A DNA stretch of 42,485 nt, taken from the NCBI GenBank assembly GCA_000934665.2, contig KZ538881.1, positions 1-42,485 of the forward strand, written 5' to 3'. Under the pieces are notes generated by a model. That model was not told the DNA's origin, searched no databases, and saw only the letters and a list, made by a program, of their open reading frames with translations. This DNA is from Catajapyx aquilonaris (taxonomy: Eukaryota). Below are positions 1 to 11,553 of this stretch, piece by piece (the stretch's first letter is position 1; every line of letters starts with the position of its first letter). A program made the position numbers and the translations under genes.

Positions 1-905
1 CACCAAATAAGAGTACTTTGCACGTGGACCAGGACTACAGGCCGACCATAAAAAATTAAAATAATATACCTCCCATTGCACAAATGATGACAGTTGCGTC
101 AGTATATAACTACAATAAATGATTGGACGTGGATGTGAGCTTCCTGACGTAAATGGGGAGATGTATGTGCGCAGCCTTTGCTTTCTTATTTGACACAAAA
201 CGAGCGTAAGCGCTGTTGCATTAATGGACAAGTTGAACTTGCGCTGCCTGAAATGCAGAACAAAAAATATATATTGAAATGACATATTTAACGCGGTTTT
301 TTTCATTGCTGTGACGTCATATTGATTTTTAAAATGTGGTCCAGGAACTCGTCGAGGAAAATATTAGTTTCATTACTTCAAGCGCAACTGTAGCAATGTG
401 ATATAATAGACAGGACTGTAATTCATGTTGTGATGAGTTTGCAGAGAAGGGTGATTATAACAGACTTGCAGTATACTGTACTCCTGGTGTATTCTATGTG
501 TCAATGTATGCCTGTAAAATATGGTATATAGAAGCCTGCTGTTAACTGTAATGATATGTTTTCATGCGGGTAATACTAGGGAAAATCTGCAATAATATGC
601 ATTCCGATTAGACTACAGGCCCTGACAGGATCATTGTCTATTTATTTATTTTACACTAATGCGCGCGCAGAATATAAGAGCTATCCGAGAGTTCACCGGA
701 AATCCTAAATAGATGACCCCGTCCTCGGTTACAATATTTACTATGAAGTACCCTCTGCATGTACTGTACTGCGCACTTGAACGTGATATCGAAGGTTTGG
801 GGAATGTGATGGGAGGTGTGTGCCATTGTTGTGCTGCAGACGGGGCATGTGCTGGATGACTGCCTATTCATACATTGCCTGCATGTGCCGATGCATGTCT
901 GGCTC

Positions 906-922
906 TGTGTGTGTGTGTGTGT
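906..922. repeat. (TG)8 microsatellite
   Basis: TGTGTGTGTGTGTGTGT read directly. Confidence 0.9.
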
Positions 923-2724
923 CTGTGTCGCGCACAGATATTGTAGAGTCACTCGGGGATAATTTCGCTCGCTCTTCCAGGGAGGAAGTATCAGTAGTAA
1001 GTATTTAACGGCAGTAATATCGTGTCATTGCCGTGAGCTTCAGTTGCTGGCATGAATTCGAAACTGTACGTGCAAAGTTTGAATGGCATTTAGACTTTGT
1101 TGTCGTACTATAGGTTGTTGTTGTTATTGCTGAGTGGAATGAATGTTTGGTGGGGGTTGAAGGAGTCGGGTGCAGTAAAGCCTTTCAACAGCATTCAATA
1201 CCACCAGTGTATAGTATTATTAATAATCGGCTTTGTCGTGAATAGGTCCCATTATAGAATTAACTTGCTGTTTGGAGGGAGGCTTTTTGAGCAAGCCCAT
1301 GACTGAATTTACGTATGGACGTATGATCTGGATTCTGTGGAATGCGGCATTATCGACATATGCATTGCTTTATGTTTTAGTTATGCACTAAAGCAAGGGG
1401 CTATGTGCTGCATCCACCTGTTGCTACATGGTGCCAATTATTGGCGGGTAATCTAATTAGTGCAAACAATGACCTGATACGCCAATGAGTAAAGTAAAGA
1501 GCAACTTGATTGGTGGCAGTGTACTGTTTCTTCAAATCTCCTTATTTTATACCTCAAGATCAGAATGGACAATGCACATAAGGCGCATGGTAAGCCAACT
1601 ATTATCTTCCAGATTTCCAACTTGACAATCCGTGACATTCGAATCCTCCTGAACGTTAGTAATGGCTTTCTGGCTTCACTTTTGACCTTGTTTTAGGCAA
1701 TGCTTACCACATTTTTCGAGCCCCCACAGACTATTATCCGGCCTGAAACCAGTCTGCCACGTCCTAACTTGACACCGGTGTGCCAAACAGCAGGGGGGTT
1801 CGCTTCTTATACGGTAGTCATTTCCCAAGATGCACCACTGGGGATAAGCCTATTCCAAGGACGTTTACCAAAGCTGGGTGATCGGTTGCTAAGGAAGGAA
1901 AAAGGGTCAAAAATAGGTATTGAGCAAGTTTTTTTGGGGGGGAGGGCTAGGAGGACCTCTTGTTTTTCCTTGTGTGGGTAAATCCCTAGAGACTTGATGC
2001 AACCCGGAAAAAAGGGGTTTGGTTGGGCGCATTCCAAGAAGTCCCGAATTTTTCCCACGTGTTAAGTGCTCCAAAAAGCCGGAAAAGGTAGAGTTTTGGC
2101 TCGGGGGAGGATAGATGATAATCATACTGTGGGGGGCTCCAAGTACGCCCGGAGCAATTAGTGTCCAGTCTCTCGACGCCAAACATCTTCTCAAACACAA
2201 TTCTCCCCGCGATTATCATTCCTTCTTGGCATGTAGTCGTCTGAAAGCTCGAGTGCATGCCAATCCGAAAGAGTTCTTCAGATTTTAATATATGGATACT
2301 TTTCTGTACAGATGGAAAGCTGTGTGACCTTGGTGTGAGTTTCGTGAAGGGGAGCAATTTTTGGAAATTACCCTAGAGGACTATTGGGGCCGGGTGACGC
2401 TGACCTGCACAATAGGAGGGTTCAGAGGAAGGGTTGGAAGGGTCGAGGAGGGAATTGGACCCCCTCCTGAAAAATCCTCAAAATACTGGTTTTGAGTTTG
2501 GAAGAAGAAAAGAAGGGACCCTTGTAAGAAGGGTCGATTTTTCAGAGGTCGGGTCTGGGTCGGTCGGTCACTACGCCATTTCTGGATGTCGTATGTTCAC
2601 GCCTATTGGCGATGGGAAAAGGGGGAATTTCCCCTTTCCCCTCAACCCTCTTCCACCCCCACCCTAGCCTCAACCGTCTTCAGAAAAACAGACGGTTTTC
2701 ACTCCCATTTTCTTGTCTTTCCAG

Positions 2725-2900
2725 TCAGTGTCCGTCTGAAGGAGGCAAGGTGGTGACCACATCCAGTGCGTGTGAAATCCACTAGTGGACAAAGTGATCA
2801 GTAGTGTTCGGGACAATACTTTTTTTTATATTTTGGCCAACTCTTGGATGTGATTTGGACAAGCCTATTTTTTTTTCAACGGTGCTGGTGGAGGAGGCTG
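2725..2900 (+). other. Candidate non-coding (5'UTR or lncRNA) exon, 176 nt
   Basis: Pyrimidine tract TTTTCACTCCCATTTTCTTGTCTTTCCAG ending at 2724; donor CTG|GTGAGT at 2901-2906. Stops in all three frames; the only ATG is immediately followed by TGA. The start TCAGTG also resembles an arthropod initiator, so it could be a first exon. Confidence 0.5.
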
Positions 2901-3654
2901 GTGAGTTCATATTTTTTCATTGCGCTTTTTTTTTGTTGGGTACTGGGAGCAACGAATTCAGATGATAGCTCACATTATGCGTGCTCCAAGGGTAGTAGTT
3001 CCTATTGCGTTTCGTTCATATTTCATTGGAAACTGAGACTTATCGATTACATTTCCTCGCATGACTTGGCATGCAATGAAAGACAGACGGCCAGATAGGT
3101 CATGCACTTATACAGGATGGCTTAATGCGGGGGTTAAAGTCGACCTTGATATCCTCTGATGCTGAAGCCAAGGCGTGTGTATGTTGATCCGAAGTGTGTG
3201 TGGAGAATATATAGGGTGAGGCAATATTGGGGAGTCTACTTGCACCGAACTTTAATTAAGCAGTAGGACCATGTACACAACGGCCAGCTATGGGCATGTA
3301 CGTGGAATCTAATCGGTAATAACTGAGGGCGATTGCCTCGTTAGCAGAACACTTAACTGTTTTCAGGTAATAGAGGTGCCTGACCGGTTTCTCCTTTAAT
3401 GCCGCCACCACTTTTTGAGTTGACCCCTCTCAGTTGCGTTCGGTTGCCTCACACACTGCGAGGGAAATATTTTTCTGATTATTAAAGCGCGATCCTTCCT
3501 CGGTATGCTGCTGTAACGAGGTGGAAAATGACATAAGGATTTTTATCACGTGCAACGGACCGAAGATCAGTTTCTGCTTGGAAAAGAAGCAGGAAAAAAT
3601 GCCATCCACCGAAACACGGCTGCCAACATAAAATGTATACTGATCAGGACATTG

Positions 3655-3672
3655 TTAGGTTAGGTTAGGTTA
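3655..3672 (+). repeat. Short interstitial (TTAGG)3 tract, identical to the ancestral arthropod telomere repeat unit
   Basis: TTAGGTTAGGTTAGGTTA read directly. Confidence 0.8.
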
Positions 3673-4690
3673 CTCCTTTTTATAGCCTGTGACGTCCTGT
3701 TCTTGTGCGATGATATTCTTATCCCCTTCCAGCGCATCACACACGTACACTTTGTTTATCAGTTGGGCCTTGGGATTGTGGTGTACCTTGCGTGCAGGTT
3801 AGGTGCTGAAGGTTGCATCGTAAATATGTTCCAAGCCTGGGAAAAAAAGGGGGGTGGTTGTGGCGTCCGATTCATCGCGGTACGGAGCTCACAAGTCGAT
3901 GGGGGCCAACAATGGGTCCGACATGGGAATGCCGGGTCTCGGACCGGCGATCTCAGGACAAGTCGGGTAGTTCATGTGTATATGGGACGAAGATGCAAGA
4001 AGTGTGGCCGTATTCGTGTGAGAGAACAAATTATAGTGTCTGCCCGGGTCTGCCATTGATTTTTTTTTTCTCTCTCTCTCCCACCTCTTATCGTTTATTA
4101 AATTTCAAACGGACTATACTATGCAGGTCTTATCCGTTGTGAACACAAAAACTCACTTGGCTTTCTCCAGCACGGATCGGTTGCACACTGAGGCTATAAT
4201 TCCAGGTGACAGGCACAGGAAGGAACCTGTTACCCTGGAATGCAGGCAGTGATAAGTGGCTTTTAATTTTGACATTGTTATTGATTTAGGACGGGGGTGT
4301 AGAAAGTTTTGGGGTGGGTGGATTGGAGGACTGATTAGGGGGATGGGGTTTTTAAATGCAAAATGCCCAGTCTGTAATACGCTTGCAGCAGGGGGGAAAA
4401 AAAGGAGGCGAAGGTTGTGCTCCACGACACTTTGTATGCATTATCGACATGTGTAAACAGGACTAGGACAGCGAGTTGTATCACAAGTGAAATTGCAAAG
4501 AGTGACAACGTGATCTTAGCACTCGATAAAGCGTTTCCAGGTCATTGTTCTCACGGGCAAGGGCAGGCCATTCCATGGATTGGTCATGATTTTTCGTGAA
4601 CGTTTGTTTGGTAACTCGCGCGATTCAGCAATTCCCTTCCGAGTGTGAACCTTGACCGTTTTGCGCTGTTTTATGGAGGCCGAGGTTCTT

Positions 4691-4727
4691 TATAAAAGGG
4701 CTACTGTCTAGTGTTGTTGTCGCATTC
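4691..4727 (+). promoter_or_regulatory. Candidate TATA + Inr-like core promoter
   Basis: TATAAAAG at 4691-4698 and GCATTC (Inr-like, A at 4724) 33 nt downstream of the TATA start. No DPE seen. Confidence 0.25.
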
Positions 4728-6732
4728 ACAGTTACACGGTACACCCAGGAAGGAAACCAGCAAATCAGGTTGCTTGTTTGCACTCGGTTATACCGGACAG
4801 GCGAGGAAAATATATTTACTCGGGTGAATAATAACAGTGCATATCCTGGCAGCAGCCTGTTGAGGAATCTTCCTTACCTTGGCAGAGGGTCAAGGTTGTT
4901 TTTCCATCAAGTTCAGGTCTACGCCGAGGCTATTATTGGGCACAAGCCTGCGTGATCATTACACTCGGCATAATATTTCTTGTTAGCACCGGTGTGTTGT
5001 ATGTAGCCTTATCTTTGGATGATGATGTGGGATCGCCAAGAATTCTCCGTGCGGGTGTGACTATACTAAACACTAACTTCCCAGTTTGATTAGTTCACAT
5101 AGTTTTTGGTCATGAGAACTCATAGGCGACACTTGTGTGATATATTTTTTTCATGGCCCCTTGACGCAGCAATCCGCATTGCATGCTCTCAATTGTAGCA
5201 GGTGATAAATGTCACTGATTTGTAAAATGGATGCTGTCCACGAGCTTTGCGTGGCGGATGCAAATGAAAGGTGCAGTCTTTTGCCTGCACGATATCTGGT
5301 GCGCACCAAAAAGTGTGCACGAAGCGCAGGATAAGGCAAACCAGGTTTGCGATTAATTCAAAAGCCTCTCTTTTTTTTCTCCTTCTTCGGAGCCCTGATT
5401 AGGGGAGTTTGCTTATCAGACGCCAAATCTTACTCGACCCTGACCTGACCAATGGTGCAATGGCATCAAGGTTATTTCGCCAAAGTTCCGTATGTACGCG
5501 ATTCATATAATTTCCTATGGGATGAGTTGGCATTGTTTAACATGGCCAGCAATTTGGTCATCATTTATTGAGCATCAGGTCATTCCGTAATCTCTGGACG
5601 CTGGCTATACTTGCCCCATGCATTTATAATAGTAAAAGTGCGTATAATGTGACCATTATCCGACTGCATTGAAGCGAACACGTAAGCGATACAAAATTGA
5701 ATATATCAAACTGCACGTGGACGTCAGTTTTAATGCCGCTTTTGTCCGGACCTGAGACCCAGGGATTCGAGTGCATTCGACATAACATGTACTGCGGTCA
5801 AGCCTACCTCTCCAGGCGCTCACATGCAACGTATCTAGTTTTCCCATGTCCAAACTCGGATTTCCTGTCGTCAAGTCGAGTAACGGTCCATCTTGGTATA
5901 GAGTCTCCTGCCCCTTTTTTTCGCCTGTATTGCGATGGGAAGGGGGACGTAAAAGAGCGTGTCCATCCCTCCTTTATTTTCAATAGCCTCAGCAAACGGT
6001 ACCCACCCACCCACCAGGTTTTTTTTTTCTTCCTACTCTTCGAGAGGCCCGGATCGTAACAAGTGTAGCATGGATGAAGAATGGCGAGGAGGGCTGTTTG
6101 CAAGGGTTTTATCAGATGGCGAAGAAAGCAGGTTACCCTCCCACCCCTAGCAACCCCTTCTTCTTCTCTAGCAAAGCAGCCAGACACTCCATCTTGTGAG
6201 TTGTCCAAAACCCGGTGCATCGGCAGGGCTTGCTTCTCACAGGTGCTTCTCCTCACCACACCAAGACCACTCCAACAAGAGCTCTTCCCCTCCCCGATGC
6301 ACTGGGCCGATCAAGGGTTCAGTGACACGGCACATGGCCCGAATTCAGATGCGGGATTTCATACGCCGGGTCCAAGGATGGGCGCGGTGTGCGTATTTAC
6401 CACTTGGACTGGTTTATTCCTGAGGACTTGGAGGAGGAAATTTTCTCACACAATTTTCTGCGGGCCATTTATCTGAGACAGTGGGTAGCGGATGAATAAG
6501 CGTCCTAAAGGCACGGGTTTTTTTCAAAGTAGTAGAAGAAGAAGAAACAGAAAATTGTGGGAATGTACAGAGTGACATCTGCCGATGCAATTTGATCTTG
6601 CCCCGACCTGGGTAAGATTTGTTTCTATATGGTGGCGAACTTGACCTGGTTGAGATATAAATATGTGGGGAGGTTGTGAAGGCGGGGGATAATAGCGATA
6701 GGTTAAAGGTGACGTTCGGTATCAGGAATTTA

Positions 6733-6769
6733 TATAAATAGGCGGTGGACGTCATTAGCGCAGCCAGTG
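6733..6769 (+). promoter_or_regulatory. Candidate TATA + Inr-like core promoter downstream of three Su(H)/CSL motifs
   Basis: TATAAATA at 6733-6740 and CCAGTG (A at 6766). A donor-like GAG|GTAAAT follows near 6803. YGTGRGAA motifs at 6234, 6443 and 6556. Confidence 0.2.
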
Positions 6770-8394
6770 GAGACGTTTGCGTCAGATCTGAGCGTTTCAG
6801 AGGTAAATATTTCGGATCCCCCAGAGAGGCGGGAGGTCATCTAGTGATCCCAAACAGGCATGGACCTCTTTTTAAAAATAATTTAAAAAACCAGAAAAAT
6901 ACTGCAGGTTATCTGCTTACAAAACGTCAGTACTTTGTGCAAATGTTTGTAATGCAATTGTTAATTTTCAATGGTTTCATTCTTCACATTTTTTTTACAT
7001 TACAATTGATGCAAAAACAGATAGTAGACACGGCGGTATGCTAGCAATAGGGAAGATAAATTTGCAAAGTACTGTTATATACATAGGCTGCCAGTAAAAA
7101 TAGATTTATAGGGCAAGGTCAAAGCTCTTTTAAAGTTCTATGCATCTATGAAGCGCCCCCCACCATTATTTTATAGCAGGTTCTTTTTATAGATCCGCTG
7201 ACTTGCTTTTAACGTGGAAAAAATTCATCGTTCGGGTAATTTAATTCCAGTTTTTTTATATATATTTTCATTATTTGTGGTATCCGCATTCCCATATTTA
7301 CATTTCACAATGCGTTTCATGTCGGAACAGCATTCTTGGGGGAACAATAATATGCCGCGGCTCTCCCATTAGGAAGCCCCACGAAGAGGCCCAGGCAAGG
7401 TCATTGCTGTAATGGTCAGCGAAACGCAAACGCAGTGGCTTTTCTAAAGATCATTATTCGTTTCAGGGTCACCGAAGAGCGGAGTTCGCTGGCGATGAAC
7501 TAGTTTTATCACTACTAATAGTGTATAAACCCCACACAGGCCGCCGGTCATTTAAAGGAAAAAAAAGCGGAATAACATTCGTGATAGCGTACTTTGTTGG
7601 CACTGACCGATAAGGAATGTTCCGGCCAAATAAGAAAATTGTGAGACGTTGTACCCGGATCGGTTATTGGTCGCGTGAATCCCGGGCTGGTTTTGCGAGC
7701 AGGAAGCGCATTATTTATTGCGCAATTACACGGGGATGCTTAAATAACCTGGTCGTGCTGGTTATAGTTTATAGGAGGCGGTGGGGGGGATGGGAATTGA
7801 CCGCAAAAATAAATCACTTCGAGTATTCAAATCGGGGCGTTTTTAACCGCGTATAAAACAGTACACATGAGAAAGCTGGCTGGAAACGTATTCACACCTG
7901 TGTATATAATTTGAGCAGGTTTTTAAAAAAATGAACGTATTGCGGGGAGAGAGAGTCGCATCAATTATGCCGTGGCCGAATTGCCTGATAGCTGGCAGAC
8001 TCTTTCTAATTTTCCCAATCCGACTTATATCCCACCCAAGTTTTTCCCTATATAAAAGTAATCCATGCATTGACGGAGTGTACGGGTAATTGGTCAGGGC
8101 CTAAATTGCACGAGATTACCACTTTGTTGTGTTTATAATGCAAGCGCCCTAAGGCGGGTTATCATTCGGAATAACGAGACCGGTAGGTTTGGGTCATTGA
8201 ACCGTAATTATCTTGTCGCGAGGATTTGAGAAGGAGAAAACTGGGTATGTAGCTTTCTGCACTGCGAAATAACAGTGTGTGTGTGCTTTGGAGGGGGAAT
8301 GATTTTTAATTTTAAAGTAGTTGGCGGGTCAATAATATTGCAAGGGAAACATGAAATTACATTTGTAACATTCATGAAGGATATATCGGCTTGT

Positions 8395-8413
8395 GGGTGG
8401 GGGCGGGTGGGGG
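8395..8413 (+). other. G-quadruplex-forming motif
   Basis: GGG-T-GGGGG-C-GGG-T-GGGGG: four G-tracts with 1-nt loops. Confidence 0.6.
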
Positions 8414-8833
8414 CATCATGAAAAAACATTTGCAATCGGAATCCAGAGATAATTACATGAGATTGCGCTACGTGTGCAAGTATGTTCATGGTCGAAGCAT
8501 CCGTCTCTGTGCAAAAATTCAGAGTTACCATAGTACACCGAGGGCGGAACCGAGTCTAAAATTGTGTAGGAAGCGCGAAATGAGATTAGGGAGCCCACCT
8601 TTTCCCGCGCCCAATTAATCAGCTGGCTTCTCCGATTGGGCCCACTCGGGGATGATTTCGGGATGTTATTTTTCCTCCTGCGTTGCATAATAGGGTTACG
8701 GCTGCCGCATCCTTGAGAGAGGCACAAAAGTCGTTCCGATTCTTGTGTGGGAGGTATGCATATGGTGGGTGCAGGCAAGGCGAGCTGCATTTATCCTTGA
8801 ACGGTGGGGCAACCCCCCTCATCTTCCCAACCA

Positions 8834-8855
8834 CCCCCCCCCCNCCCCCCCCCCC
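8834..8855. repeat. Poly-C tract with an ambiguous base (N at 8844)
   Basis: Read directly; true length uncertain. Confidence 0.9.
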
Positions 8856-11465
8856 TCACAAAAACCCATCACATGTACTCATCTCTAGCTATGAAATTAT
8901 TCAGAGTTGATGTGGCAAGTGGCGAACCGCAGGAAACCGTTTTGCCATGTCGTTTGCAATAATGTCGGGGAAAAAAGGTGTGGTGATTTGATTAACGGGC
9001 AATAATTATTATTGAGAGGGGCCATCAGCCTAGAGAGTGCAATATGAATGAGTACATGCATACGGTATGAGCAGGACAGGTCAATTTTTTTTCAATTCGG
9101 AAAGGTAAATATTTGCGGTGCACCTTTTTTAAACAAGCTACATGGGAATAGAGTATTGACTGGGAGACCAAAAATACCGATACTGTTTCGCAGTATTTAT
9201 TTATACGTGTTCCAATCTGGTGGGTGCGTAATGTGTACCTTCACCCCCCATCCTCAACCCCTCCTAACTTATCCTCTTCTCTTGTTTTTTTTTTGTATAT
9301 AAAGTTGAGGTGCGCTGGGCAACAACATGCGGCCGGGTATTTCGAGGTTATATTGTTGAAGATCATTACCGCAACACGAGGCCGCGTGGGTGTCATCATC
9401 GTTTGTGGGTTTTAGGATGCCTTGATTATCCGATTACTTCAGCGTGGGAGGGCTGGGTTTGATTACGAAAATTTCCCATCCCAACAGCATATATCCCACC
9501 CACGCATCTCATCGATAAATAATAATAAAACAGGTGTAGTAAAAATTTCCGAGTCTGACCCGACCGAACAGGATGAAGCTAATGCAAAAGTATGGATACA
9601 AAAAAATAAAATAAAATAAAGAGTGCTTCGTTCGGACAGGCCGTATAGTTGTGGCCAACTTTTGCGTGCGTGCACATACGTACCAGAATCGGCGGTTTTC
9701 TACTCGGGTTGTGGTGGCAACCTGCATTCCAACCTATCCTCTCGGAATTCCCGTTCGGTAATTTTCTTTGGTCAGTGGCCTGGCCAGGAGACGGCCAATT
9801 TGAACTCTGTTGCACAAGGAAGGGGAGTGGCTGCCTGCTTTTTGAACAATAGGGATTCACCCGCAGGTTTTTTCACAGATGGATAAGGAAGTTTGCAAAA
9901 TGGAAAGCGATATGCAGACAAATTTTGTGCAATTGGAGCAAACCCTCTTCTTTTTTTACTGGAGATTTGTGCACATGCAGGGAGAATCCGTGAATAGCTA
10001 CAAAACTGTATTTTAAACCTGCTGTCATCCACGATAATAAAATGAATTTATTGGTTATGGGAATGAGGTTAAAATGTAATTCAAGTGATGCAGAAATGTA
10101 GGTCTAGTACAGGGCAAATATTTTTCCCGTATATTTATTTATTTATTATTGGGGGGAGGGGGGTGAAACTTGCAAGTGATGTGAAATATTACTTTTACAA
10201 ATAGGTTTTATTTTTATCGGCGATAACATGACCAAACGCTGCAACTTGAGAGAGAAGGTTGTAAGAATTGATCGATTCGCCTGATTGTTATTTCCAAGGT
10301 TAAATCAGTGCGCCCTGTATTACAAAGTATACGGCTTGAAGCTGTCCTGTGCTGTATCACCTTGTATTTGCTACCAAAGGAGGCCGGCCATAGGTGTATA
10401 GTCCCCAAAGTTGGCGTGATGTCACATGTACGTCACGAATAAAGCGTGTGAAAGTGAGATTTATTGCTCGCCTTGACAGGATAAGTGGACCAGGGAGGAT
10501 TTTTTCCAGGTTGGACCCATCCCTTCTGAACCAAGGCAACCAACCACATTAGTTTGTCGCAGGGGGGACATCTCCTGGCTCGTATTTTGACACGAATAAG
10601 CACCGGCCGTAATTGGACACTTAATTGGACATCCGCGGGCAGGGTAACGGCCAAGCTCAAAAATGCAAGAAAAGTCGGTGTCTCCCAGTTGGTATGTTAT
10701 GTGTGTGTAACTGGTGGAGAACACATCGCAATTAATTAGAGTAATGGGCCCCTTCGAGGGTATACGGTTACCTTAACAGGTGGCGGCGGGCGAGGTTTGG
10801 AATACGGAATGGGAAATAAGTTTTTGGGGGAGGGTTGTGGGAACCATTTGGAAGGGTCAGAAAAGGGGGGGCCAGTTCAACTCCTTCTCCTTTACTTCTT
10901 GTGGCAGGTCTGCTGCAGCTTGGGAAGGCCCCAAAGGGGTCATCCATGGCTTCCCCAACAAAAACTCCTTTCGCTTGAAGGTCTTTCTGGAATCGGCGGT
11001 GACGGATCCTTCCCAACCCCGGAGCTTCTTTTGTACAAATTATCAGCGAGGTGGAAACCTTTTGGCACCTGGTGTTGATGTTTTTCTGGAGGCCTGTAGC
11101 TTCCGGCTCCGGCTCCTGGACCAGGAAGAGAGAGAGAAAAAAATTTGATAAAATTAAGGATCGTTTGGTAAATGTCACTCAAATGCTTTGATACCATGAA
11201 ACGCTTTGGGCTGCCCATTGGTTCCACCGGACTGAAAATCCTGTGGATGCGTACCGGTATATCATACGCGATGATCATGTGTGTCCGGGTGTAACGCTTG
11301 AGGGGATAGTATTTTTCTCGTAGTCTCTTGCACAGACAATACCTCTCAAATGTCTGTGGTCTCTTGAATCTGGAATGGGCTTTCAGGAGCAATATCCATT
11401 AGTTTTCTTGCAATAACCGCGGCTGTTATGAAATTGAGGTGCATGTTTGATGAGCCTCACATGTA

Positions 11466-11553
11466 CTATGGGCGCCAAAAGAATTGACCGGATTTGATGG
11501 GTATATGGCGCTATATACCCATCAACTCCGGTCAATTCTTTTGGCGCCCATAG
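11466..11553. mobile_element. 88-bp palindromic MITE, Tc1/mariner type (TA target-site duplication)
   Basis: TA|CTATGGGCGCCAAAAGAATTGACCGGATTTGATGGGTATATG-GCGC-TATATACCCATCAACTCCGGTCAATTCTTTTGGCGCCCATAG|TA. The palindrome has only two non-Watson-Crick positions and is flanked by TA at 11464-11465 and 11554-11555. Confidence 0.8.

Noticed and set aside
10780..11148. 122-aa ORF with a strong acceptor at 10907
   Set aside because: No convincing downstream donor and no recognisable protein.
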